A DNA stretch of 64,000 nt from an uncultured Planctomycetaceae bacterium (GTDB lineage Bacteria > Planctomycetota > Planctomycetia > Isosphaerales > Isosphaeraceae). Shown piece by piece: positions 30,341 to 40,178 of the stretch; within the stretch, counting starts at the first letter, position 1, and each line of letters begins with the position of its first letter. The stretch lies in NCBI GenBank assembly GCA_963833985.1, contig CAWIAD010000002.1, positions 576,001 through 640,000 of the forward strand. Direction: 5' to 3'. The notes below the pieces were generated by a model, which was not told the DNA's origin, ran no database searches, and was given only the letters and a program-made list of their open reading frames with translations. The position numbers and the translations under genes were made by a program.

Positions 30341-33300
30341 ATGAGACTTTTGCTCAGAAAACTCCTCAAGCTGGTGATGATCCTCGGCATCCTGGTGGGG
30401 TGTTACCTGGGTTACGTGCGCGCCTTCGACACGGTCATGGCGCGGCTGGTCGCTACCCGCAGGGTCGACGAAGTCCCTTTCATCGTCAGAGACTCACGGT
30501 CGAAACGCGAGGCCATTGCTCATGCACGCGAGTCGTTCGGCCGCGACCACTGGACCGCTGACGATAACCTCCAGTTACGTTATTACAACGCCGAACGCGG
30601 GTTCTGGATGTACTCGCAGCACGACGATCCCGTGATCGAGGAAGATGGCGTCCGCTACGACCGAAAACGCATCCGCTTGCGCCCCGCAGCCATCATCTGG
30701 CGTGCCAAGGACGGCAGCAGCACGAAGACCGTCACGGCCGAGGAAGCGATCATCGACTTCAATCAGCCCCTCTCCTTCAACGCCAGGCCGGATGGCGAGC
30801 CAATCATCGTCAAGCACGCGCGGCTGGAACGCAACGTGCAGATCCGCGACGACCGCGGAACGCCGGCAGACCGTAGCGACGACATGAACATCGGCCCGCT
30901 GACCTGGGTCGAGTACAACGACGACAAGCTGGAGATCACCAGCGATTCCGACGTTCTCATCGTTGATCCCGACACCCGGATCACCGGCAACGGGATGCTC
31001 ATCAAACTTCGCCCCAAGTCCGACGCCAAAGCTTCCTCCGCACGCTCGTCGGGTTTCGAAGGCGCCCAGAGTGCACAGCTCAATCGCAACCCGGTCGTCG
31101 TCTTCACCGACGTCGGCAAGACCGGCATTCTTCCCGACACGGCACAGACACGGAACAACGCCGCCGGCAAGGTCGAGCTGAACCCTCAGGTGGATCCCTC
31201 GCGACAACCCAGGCTGGAAGCCTCGCCAGGCAAGAAGACCGCCGTGCCGGTTCCCATGGAGATCCGTGCCGAGGGACCGATGCAGATTTCCTTTCCCAAG
31301 CCGCAACTGCCGGTCAAGGAAGGTCCCCCCGCGCCTGCCGGCCCCACGCTCGTGCACTTCGAACGCAACGTGGTGGTGCGCCGCGGCAAGCCGAGCGAAC
31401 AGCCCGATCAGCTCGGCAGCGACAACCTCGACCTGACCCTGGTCCCGTCCGAAAAGACCCCGGAGCCAAAGCGCCCTCTAAAAGCCAAGCAGGAGAACGA
31501 GCAGCACGGAGCGCTGGGCGACCTGGTCTTGCAGCGCGTGCACGCCACTGGCCATGCCGTCTGGCTGAAGTCGCCTGCCAACGGTGTGCGGACCTTCAGT
31601 AATGAGCTGTTGCACAAGATCGGCGGGCCGGGCGGACCCAATACCACCTACTGGAGCGCTGATGACACCCGGAAAGTCGTCATCGAGAAATACGACTTCA
31701 CCGAGCAACGCCCCCAGGGACCCCAGGGCCCTGTCGTGCGCAAACCGGAATCAGTCACTCACATCTGGACGGTCGACGTCACCATGGTTGACAGCGGCAC
31801 GGGCATGGAGACCGCCAATCTCTTTGCGCGGCCCAGGACTGCTGGAGACACGCCCCGTTCCCGACAGGACCGACAGCTCGCTCAAGGACGTTCCACCCGA
31901 TCGCACGGCCGTCTGGCAAGACCTGATGATGCTCAAGAACCTGCTCGGCCCGGACAAGAAGATCGCCCAGCGCGAGATCGTTCTGAAAGGCCGTCCCAAG
32001 ATCGTCGACAGGCTCCAGGAACAGTCACTCGACGCGGCAGAGACCATCGTCGCCTGGCTCAAGCCCAAACCGCCCGCGGACTCAGCGGGCAAGCTCTCGA
32101 AATCCGCGTCCACACCCGCCCAGGACGGCCAGGGCAATCTCGGCGTGCAGGGGGGGAGCTACCAGATCCAGCGCTTGCTCGCCATTCGCGACGTGCACCT
32201 GCTCGCACCCTCCAAGAACCTGAGTGCCCGCGATCGTCTTGAGGCTGACTTCAAGGAACAGCCCCGACCGCGGCTTGTCGCCTCCAGCACCGCCCCGGCT
32301 TCTGTTCAGCCAGCCAGCGACAACCCACGCGCACCGGCCGCGGAAGACGGAGCACAACCGGGTACGACCGAGGATGCAGCGCAGCAAACTCCGAAGCCGT
32401 CGGAACCCGCCATGCTGGCCCGGGCGAACCGCGTGGAGGCCAGCATCGTCATCGACGCCGACAGTCCATCGGGCGGAGCCAGGAACTCGAGCACCTCCAG
32501 AACGAATCATCGAGCGGGCTCTGCATCTCCGGGTGAGCCTGGCTCGAATTACGAGGTCCGCGACCTGCGTCTCTTCGGCGCGGTCAGCTTGCATCAGGAT
32601 CCATCGCCCGGCAAGACCAAGGGCCAGGACGCCATTGGAGAAACGCTGATCCTGCACAACGAAGGACCGGGCAAAGCGGTCTTCAACCTCTATCACCGCG
32701 ACCCGCGTGCCGCCAAGAGTCTTCCCACGGCGACATCCGCAAGCTCGATCACGCCCGCCCGTGTCAGTAACGAGGACATGACCATCGAGGGCGAGGTGAT
32801 CGGCATGAACCAGATCACCGATCAGGCCTGGGCCTACGGACCGGGCAAGCTGATCCAGTTCACCGATCGCGGACTTCTCTCTGACAAGGCGGAGAATGAA
32901 GACGCCAGGACATCCGGAGAGCTCGATCAGGACGGCGGCCAGGGCCAGCGCCTGAGAGCGAAGTCGTCATCCGGAATCAAGGAATCGCAGACCGTCAAGT
33001 CGAAGCCCAGGACCCGCGCCGGCAAGCCGCTGGCCGAGAAGGTCCCCCTCGAGATCACCTGGGGAGAGAAGATGCTCTTCTACGGCCGGTCGGTTGATCC
33101 CGACGGCCGGCCGGCCGCCAGGGCCGAGTTCTACAAGAACGCCCGCGCCGAGATGGAAGACGGCCTGCTCTACTGCACCAAGCTCATGACGACCTACACG
33201 GACAGGCCCGTCCCGCTTGCCGAGCTGGGCAAGATGAGCCCGGCGCGGCCCGGCGCCACGGCGAAGTCCGGGACGGGATCGTGCGCAGGGCGAGAAGTCC

Positions 33301-34275
33301 AGGGAGCCCGCCGAGCCCAAGCCGGACCTGGCACTGATTGACCTGGTTGGCAATGCTCTGGCGATCAGCCGCAAGGTGGATCCCGACCGGCCGGTCCTGC
33401 TCAGCTTGCAGAAGGTCACCAGTCCACACCTGATCTACGACCGGCGGACCGGTAACTTCCAGAGCCCCGTCCCGGGCATGGTTTACCTCTACGATCGAGG
33501 AAACGACCCCGCCAGCCCCGACGGCCCCCAGTCCGGCGCGGGTTCCGGAAGTGGAAATACTGCCGGCAATCGCCAGCGGATCCGGCCCGTGTCCGGTAAG
33601 CCCGGCGACAAGCAAGGCGGTAAGAAGCCAATCCCGCCCCTGGTGCTGACCCAGATCAAGTTCAGCCGCGAGATGAAAGGCCGGCTTGGAACGGGAAAGA
33701 CCACCGACAAGTACGAGACGCGGTGGGCAGATTTCTTCGGCGACATCGAGGCTGCCCGCACGAAGGTGGCCAGCGAGCGGGAATCGATCAGAAGCTTCGA
33801 CCACCTGCCTCCTGACAGCTATTTCCTCACCTCGCAGACGATGCGCGTGGTGAGCGAGCCTCCGGCGCCGGGCGCAGCAGCCAATGCGCAGGCACGCAAT
33901 TTCCTGAAGGCGTGGGAGAACGCCTACGCCTCCACCTCGGACACGATCATCCAGGCCGACGAGATCACGTATGACTCGCTCAACGACCTGATCTATGCCA
34001 ACGCCCTGGACGGCCGTATGGTCAACGTCATGCAGCAGGCTGCGCCCGGGCAGCCCGGCTCACCCATGCGCGCCGAGGCTGTACGCGTTAACCCCAAGAC
34101 AGGCGCTGCCGTCGTGATCGGTCCTAACGACCTCCAGATGCTCGACAAGCGAACGGGAACGCGCCCGGGCGTCGTGGCCCCGCCCGATCCGAACGCCAAA
34201 CCGCCGAAGCGGCCCAAGAGCCACTATCGCCCGCCGCCCAGCAACGTCGAGCGGCGCGGCTTCACGGGACGCTGA
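30341..34275 (+). CDS. ~1310-aa membrane-anchored protein with LptC/LptA (OstA)-like beta-jellyroll segments; frameshifts at ~31828 and ~33240-33295
   Basis: N-terminal TM, repeated beta-rich units separated by Pro/Ser/Ala linkers, position after kdsD-kdsC. ORFs 30341, 31584 and 33376 join through two frame changes. Confidence 0.65.
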
Positions 34276-34403
34276 TTTTCGGGGTGAGCCCTGCCGGGTT
34301 CTGACTCGGTCACCCGCCGGCGATCAACGCCGGCCGCCTCAGCGCCACGGGACGAGTCCGAGCGCACGGCCACGCAGCAATCCGGTCAATACCCATCGTC
34401 GAA

Positions 34404-35540
34404 TCAGTACCCATCGTCGGATATTGCCGCGCTGGCACCCGGGGCGGACAAGCCGGGCTGGACTGAGCCATACCGCTTGTGCCAACCCTCGGCAGCGCGG
34501 GCCGTCGTCAGTTCCTCCCGGCTGAAACCGTAGCGCGCGAACCAGGGCGTGCCGCGTGCCCGCACGAGGGAATCGACCTCGCTGAGACGCTGGCGAGCGG
34601 TTATCTCCGCGAATCGCGTTCGACTGGCGGCCGTTCGCTCCAGAAAGTACTCCTTCCAGAACGCGCGCCCTCCCAGGATTCCGGACGCCCCCACCGCGAG
34701 CGCCATCTCCACCTGTCTGAGGTAATCGGAATAATCCACGCCTGAAGAGAGCAGCACCCAGGGGCGTTCGCTGGCGGCGTCAAGTGCGTGCAGGTTATTC
34801 TCGAACTGCTCCTCTGACTGGCGGCCGAGCGTGCCTGGAAACTCCGACTTGTAGATGTCGCAGAACCGGCTCAGTTGCCTTGCCGCCTCGATCACCGACT
34901 GCGGCTTGCGGTCCAGATAGCTATCATCGGTCTTCTTCTCGCCGCCAAACGGGAACGATACGGTTTCCAGAAGCAGCAAGATATCGTGCTTCTTGCATTC
35001 GTGGTAAACATGTTCGACGAGCTGGAACTGGTTCTCGGCCGAGTTCGGCTCGGTCGGCTCGAACTGGGCCAGCAGTTTGACGGCGTCTGCGCCCATGCGC
35101 TTGATCTTGGCGACGCTCCAGCCGGGCTCCACGGCCGCCATGGGCGCACCCTGCTGGTTCTTGGGGCTGTTCGACATCTCGTACCGCACCAGCAGCCCGG
35201 TATGGGGTGGGATGGCCTCTGACGCGATTGCCGAGAACGCACCGTAGTAAGCGTCGATCAGCACGGCCGATGCCGCCGGGGCCAGCGCGCGCATGATGTC
35301 GAGCTTGGCATCGACGATTTCATCGTAGGTGGGCTCGCGACTCTCGCCCGCGGAGCGTAAAGCGCGTGTTGCCATCTCGATGACCGAGCTGTTCTGATCG
35401 AGTGCCAGCATCGTCAGCGTCCCGTCGGGATTGCTGATACGCTGCAATCCACGAAGCTTGCCCGGGGTCAAGTCCTTGCCCAGCAGGGCCGTTGCGCCGA
35501 GACGGCTTGCACTTTGGATCGGAGTCATGGGAAGGCTCAT
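34404..35540 (-). CDS. Tagatose-1,6-bisphosphate aldolase-like class I aldolase (LacD/YihT family)
   Basis: MLALDQ, GADAVKLL, DIYKSEFP, PWVLLSSGV, GASGILGGRAFW. Confidence 0.85.
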   Translation of the reverse strand: MSLPMTPIQSASRLGATALLGKDLTPGKLRGLQRISNPDGTLTMLALDQNSSVIEMATRALRSAGESREPTYDEIVDAKLDIMRALAPAASAVLIDAYYGAFSAIASEAIPPHTGLLVRYEMSNSPKNQQGAPMAAVEPGWSVAKIKRMGADAVKLLAQFEPTEPNSAENQFQLVEHVYHECKKHDILLLLETVSFPFGGEKKTDDSYLDRKPQSVIEAARQLSRFCDIYKSEFPGTLGRQSEEQFENNLHALDAASERPWVLLSSGVDYSDYLRQVEMALAVGASGILGGRAFWKEYFLERTAASRTRFAEITARQRLSEVDSLVRARGTPWFARYGFSREELTTARAAEGWHKRYGSVQPGLSAPGASAAISDDGY

Positions 35541-35958
35541 TTCCGTCGGCCAGGAGAACTTCGTCGAACAACAAAGCGCATTCTAACCGATACAGCCGCG
35601 CCGCCGCAGGGGTGCCGGGGAGATCACATGTCAGGGAGGATTGGCAGACAGAAGGTCGACGACCGGCGCGCCGGGAGGATTGCGAATCGCGGGTTCGGAC
35701 CTTATGATGGGGGTCGGCTCGATCGGTACCGTCTGTCCAAAGCCTGGGCTCGGCGGGTCGAGTCTGGGCGCTCAAGCCTCACGGCGCGAGCGTTCCCTCG
35801 CGACTGTGTCCGGGTGCGCTCGATCAAGGGGCCGGCACCTGGACCAAGATGGCGATAGACCATCTTGATCGCATCCATTCAGAACGCGGACCCGCTGATG
35901 GCGTCCGCCCCCAGCGAGGGACGGCCACGGCGAACCGCACTTCGGAGCGTCTCCAATC

Positions 35959-37023
35959 ATGGCGACCCCCTTTAGCGACCTGCTCGGTGCCGAGGCTGAC
36001 AGCCTGCTCAATCACGTTTGTAAGACCATCCCCAAGCAGTCGCTGCATCTGCCAGGCCCTGACTTTGTTGACCAGGTGTTCGTCCCCAGTGACCGCAACC
36101 CCCGCGTCCTGAACAACCTCCAGCGTATGTTCGGCACCGGCCGCCTGGCCGGAACCGGCTACCTATCCATCCTGCCCGTCGATCAGGGTATCGAACACTC
36201 AGGCGGTGCCAGCTTCGCCAAGAACCCTGCTTACTTCGATCCCGAGAACATCGTCAAGCTCGCCCTGGAGGGGGGATGCAACGCGGTCGCCAGCACCTTC
36301 GGCGTGCTTGGATTCGCTGCCCGCAAGTACGCACACAAGATCCCGTTCCTGGTGAAGATCAACCACAACGAGCTTCTGACCTTTCCCAACCAGTTCAATC
36401 AAGTCCTCTTCGGGACCGTCAAGGAAGCATATGACATGGGTGCCTCCGCGGTCGGGGCCACCATCTACTTCGGCTCGGATCAGAGCACCCGGCAGCTCGT
36501 CGAGATCGCCGAGGCCTTCGCACTGGCTCACGAACTGGGCATGGCCACGGTGCTCTGGTGCTACCTGCGGAACAGCGCCTTCAAGAAGGACAAGGATTAT
36601 CACGTCGCGGCCGACCTCACCGGCCAGGCCAATCACCTGGGCGTCACGATCCAGGCCGACATCATCAAGCAGAAACTGCCCGAAAACAACGGCGGCTTCA
36701 AGGCGCTGAACATGGGCGGTTCGAGCTATGGCAAGCTCGACGAGCGGATGTACACGGAGCTCTGCACGGACCACCCGATTGACCTGTGCCGTTACCAGGT
36801 CGCCAACTGCTACATGGGCCGGGCCGGCCTGATCAATTCGGGCGGTGCCAGCGGCAAGAACGACATGGCCGAGGCGGTGAAGACCTCCGTCATCAACAAG
36901 CGTGCCGGCGGCATGGGCCTGATCTCGGGCCGGAAGGCATTCCAGCGCCCGATGGCCGAGGGCATCAAGCTGCTGAACGCCATCCAGGACGTCTACCTCG
37001 ACGCATCGATCACGGTGGCGTGA
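35959..37023 (+). CDS. fbaB: Class I fructose-bisphosphate aldolase (DhnA/FbaB type)
   Basis: [62 protein letters not shown]. Confidence 0.95.
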   Translation: MATPFSDLLGAEADSLLNHVCKTIPKQSLHLPGPDFVDQVFVPSDRNPRVLNNLQRMFGTGRLAGTGYLSILPVDQGIEHSGGASFAKNPAYFDPENIVKLALEGGCNAVASTFGVLGFAARKYAHKIPFLVKINHNELLTFPNQFNQVLFGTVKEAYDMGASAVGATIYFGSDQSTRQLVEIAEAFALAHELGMATVLWCYLRNSAFKKDKDYHVAADLTGQANHLGVTIQADIIKQKLPENNGGFKALNMGGSSYGKLDERMYTELCTDHPIDLCRYQVANCYMGRAGLINSGGASGKNDMAEAVKTSVINKRAGGMGLISGRKAFQRPMAEGIKLLNAIQDVYLDASITVA

Positions 37024-37114
37024 CCGGAGATCCGAGGGTTCACCCCGCACGTCAGCGAACGGCGCGCGGGTAAAACGCTTCAGAGCGGAACCCTCACGCG
37101 CCGATATAATCCAT

Positions 37115-37275
37115 GTCGGTGGGAGAAATACCGACCCGGTCAGGGATGACCGAGCCAAAAGGCCCCAGAGAGCGGTCGCCTCCAGGGAAGGATTGGCGGC
37201 TGGGGGCCGTAGGGCCAGGGAAGGCCCTGCAACCTTCTCGCTTATGGTCCCGGCCGGTTGAACCTAACCGGCCGG
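37115..37275 (+). ncRNA. Candidate CsrA/RsmA-sequestering small RNA (CsrB/RsmZ-like)
   Basis: TATAAT at 37105-37110, four GGA-loop hairpins (three with C-AGGGAN-G hexaloops) and a terminal 10-bp stem at 37250-37275. Confidence 0.6.
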
Positions 37276-37854
37276 TGGATTGCTGCCCACCCTGAGCGCA
37301 TTGCGCGCCCCGACGCCAATCAGGACGCGGCTCCCGTCCTGGAGCGATCGCTCAAAGAAAAAGAGCTGGGTGATCGGAGTCTTCACCAGTGTCGAGAACT
37401 CTTTCTTGCCCTGCCGGAGCAAGCTGCACCGCAAGTGCACCTTACCGTTCTCATCGGCGGGGCGAACCAGCACGGTTTCCGCCCTGTATCCGTTTCCCAG
37501 GTCGCAGTGGATTCTTTGCGCGGTTTCAAGCCGCTTGCTCTGCACGTCCAGCAGCTTGAATCCGTAACCTGGCAAAAGTTTCCGCAACTCAGCCTGGACC
37601 GGGGCGAGACGAGGATCGACTGCGGCCTGCTGCGGCGTCGCGAGGATCGCGAAGACCGTGACCTGGCGAGCGCCCTCATCAGCGGAACTCTTGAACTTCG
37701 GTTGTGAAGGGGCCTGCGCCTCTCCAGACCCTGGCACCTGTCCCATGACCGGTCCGGAACTGGCGGGCAGGGCGTACCGCATGACCAGCAGCGCTGCGAT
37801 CTGCAAGGTCGTCGATTGCCAGCCTGAGAATCGCCTTGACTTCGCAGCCACCAC
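37264..37854 (-). CDS. Hypothetical exported protein, third gene of the ECF/anti-sigma operon
   Basis: Starts 4 nt after the anti-sigma stop; N-terminal hydrophobic segment. Confidence 0.7.
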   Translation of the reverse strand: MVAAKSRRFSGWQSTTLQIAALLVMRYALPASSGPVMGQVPGSGEAQAPSQPKFKSSADEGARQVTVFAILATPQQAAVDPRLAPVQAELRKLLPGYGFKLLDVQSKRLETAQRIHCDLGNGYRAETVLVRPADENGKVHLRCSLLRQGKKEFSTLVKTPITQLFFFERSLQDGSRVLIGVGARNALRVGSNPPAG

Positions 37855-37857
37855 GGC

Positions 37858-38500
37858 TCACTCCGTCATCGCGACGACCGTGCTGGCCGACTCGACGCGG
37901 TTGAAGAACACGTACCAGGGATCCTCTCCGTTGGGCGCCTCGGACAGCGACAGATCGAGGATCTTCACCGTTGACCCTTCGGAGCGAATCAGGACCACCT
38001 GCCCGGCTTCCACATCCACCACGGGGTCAAGGATGGGAACTGGGGTTTGCTGTACCACCTGGAGAACTGGATCCGGTTCGGGAGCAGGAGCGACGCCTGG
38101 GGTGGAGTTCCAGTAGAGGTTCACCGCGAGCAGGAGAGCGGCCGCCTGAGCCAGGCCAACCAGACCGATGGCGGCCGCACCACGCCACACTGGAAAGCGT
38201 CTCGATCGCCGCAATTCGGCTGCTTCTGTGCTGGGAGTCACCGGCCTGGTGCGGAGGCTCGGAGTCTTTGCCACGGGCACTGGCGAGTTGTCCAGCCGGG
38301 CAGAGACCGCCGACCAGAGATGGTCCCAGGTTTCCGTCGAGGGATCGGCGGGACGGGTCGCTTCCCACATATCGTCGAAACAGTCCGCATGCTTGGCCCA
38401 TTGCGCAATCAGAGCAGTGGGAGAGGTGGTGCGCCAGCCGTTCTTGATTGCGCTCAACCGCCGCCAATCGCAGTTCACGCATGGCTTCATCACACTGCAT
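37858..38500 (-). CDS. Zinc-binding (ZAS) membrane anti-sigma factor; frameshift at ~38404
   Basis: MQCDEA..HLSHCSDC (HxxxCxxC) in one frame continuing QWAKH..; TM AAAIGLVGLAQAAALLLAV; downstream of an ECF sigma gene. Confidence 0.75.
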
Positions 38501-38575
38501 GGGAACCTTCCTCTCCAATCAAACTCCGCCCATTCCATTCCTGTCGCCGAGACTTCAACTCTTCCGGCGGCATAC

Positions 38576-39163
38576 CTAGCCCAGGCCTTTGAGTTTTTCC
38601 CAGTCCAGATTTCTCTGCAACTTCTCTCGTGCACTATTGATCCGGCTCATGACCGTACCGATGGGAATTTCTTGCGTCTCGGCGATTTCCTTATAACTCA
38701 GTCCCAGCTCCGCGAACAGGATGAAGGTCGCCCGGATTTTCGGACTCAGGCGATTCAGGGCGTTCTCGAGGGTCTGCCGTAATTCCTGACGCGTCAGGCC
38801 ATGAGTCGGGTCATCGCGGATGGCCGGTTCCGTGAGATCGTTGCCCCTGCCACCAAGGCTGAAGATCACCCGTCGCTGGCGGCGACGGCCCAGGTCGAGC
38901 GCCGTGTTGGCAACAATCCGCAGCAGCCAGTATCGAAACCCGCTCCGGCCATCAAAATCAGCCAGTCCCAGAAACGCCTTGATCAGAGATTCCTGCACCA
39001 CGTCCAGAGCGTCTTGCTCGTGCCCCAGGAGGCGGTAAGCAACCCGGTAGGCGTCACCTCGATAGCGTTCGAACAGTTCTTCGCAAGCACCGGGGTCTCG
39101 CTCCCGAGCACGCTCTACCAGAGTCTCGTCGGGCGTCTGCACGCTGGGGGGAGCCTCGGGCAT
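38576..39163 (-). CDS. ECF RNA polymerase sigma factor
   Basis: DALDVVQE, FDGRSGFRYWLLRIVAN, LSYKEIAE..IGTVMSR. Confidence 0.92.
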   Translation of the reverse strand: MPEAPPSVQTPDETLVERARERDPGACEELFERYRGDAYRVAYRLLGHEQDALDVVQESLIKAFLGLADFDGRSGFRYWLLRIVANTALDLGRRRQRRVIFSLGGRGNDLTEPAIRDDPTHGLTRQELRQTLENALNRLSPKIRATFILFAELGLSYKEIAETQEIPIGTVMSRINSAREKLQRNLDWEKLKGLG

Positions 39164-39287
39164 ACCATCACCTATTCTTCAGGACGTTGCAAATCCCTGT
39201 CCTATTCGTTTTCCCCCCGGGAGCCGGCCCCGATCTGTCTCCAGAATTCCATTCCACCACACGGCTTCCGTTCCAGGCCAGTCCATT

Positions 39288-40178
39288 TCAGCCGGGTTCG
39301 GAAGTGCCGGCGGCAAAGTCGCAGATCGCGCGGGCCAGGGTTTGGGCGTACTCTCCAAAGATCATCGTGATGTGGTTGCCGGGAACGGCAAGGTAGCGGC
39401 ATGCCTTCAGCGCACGGGCAGTCGACTGGGCATGTTCCGGCAGCAAGAATGGGGGCGAGCCAGCGGAACCAAAGGGTTCCGTGGCATTGACCAGGAGCAC
39501 GGGTTGATGGATGGACGCGACGATTCCTGGCCAGTCCTCGGCCAGCACTCCTTCCACCGCCGCCAGGATCGCCTCTGGCTTCACGAGCTGACGGACTGTT
39601 CCATCCTCGGCGATCTGGACATAGCTCTTGAAATATCGCTCCAGCCCGGTCTGCCAGCGGCCAAGGAGATAGGGCAACTGCTGTACGGCGGTGAGGTACG
39701 CCTGCCACGAGGACACCACCACGCCCAGGCTGGCCAGCATCGGCCGCAGGACCTCACGCGTCTCCGGTGTGGCCACGGCCGGCGCGGCATCCAGAACCAC
39801 AATCCGCTCGAATCGACCGGGATGATTTGCGGCCAGGTACAGCGTCAGCATGCCTCCGAACGAATGACCGACCAGGACAACCTTGTGCAGCTCGAGCGCG
39901 TCGAGCAAGCCGAGCACATCCGCCGCATGGTCGGCCATGGTGTAGTTGGCGGCGGGCCGCAGCGCATCGAAGCCCGCCGCTGGTGCGTCGCTCTCGCCCC
40001 GTCCGCGCAGGTCGATCGCGATCACTCGAAACTTCGGGCTCAGGCCGGCTTCCACCAGGTCCTGGAACATGGACGCGGTTGCCGAGAGGCCGGGCAAGAG
40101 CACCAGCGCGGGGCTGCCTCCGGGAAACTCCAGGTAGTGGACCCGAACCCCGCCGGCTGTTGCGAAATGGCCTGTCAT
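39288..40178 (-). CDS. Alpha/beta hydrolase
   Basis: DLRGRGES, GHSFGG nucleophile elbow, C-terminal GNH; overlaps the ligase stop codon. Confidence 0.9.
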   Translation of the reverse strand: MTGHFATAGGVRVHYLEFPGGSPALVLLPGLSATASMFQDLVEAGLSPKFRVIAIDLRGRGESDAPAAGFDALRPAANYTMADHAADVLGLLDALELHKVVLVGHSFGGMLTLYLAANHPGRFERIVVLDAAPAVATPETREVLRPMLASLGVVVSSWQAYLTAVQQLPYLLGRWQTGLERYFKSYVQIAEDGTVRQLVKPEAILAAVEGVLAEDWPGIVASIHQPVLLVNATEPFGSAGSPPFLLPEHAQSTARALKACRYLAVPGNHITMIFGEYAQTLARAICDFAAGTSEPG

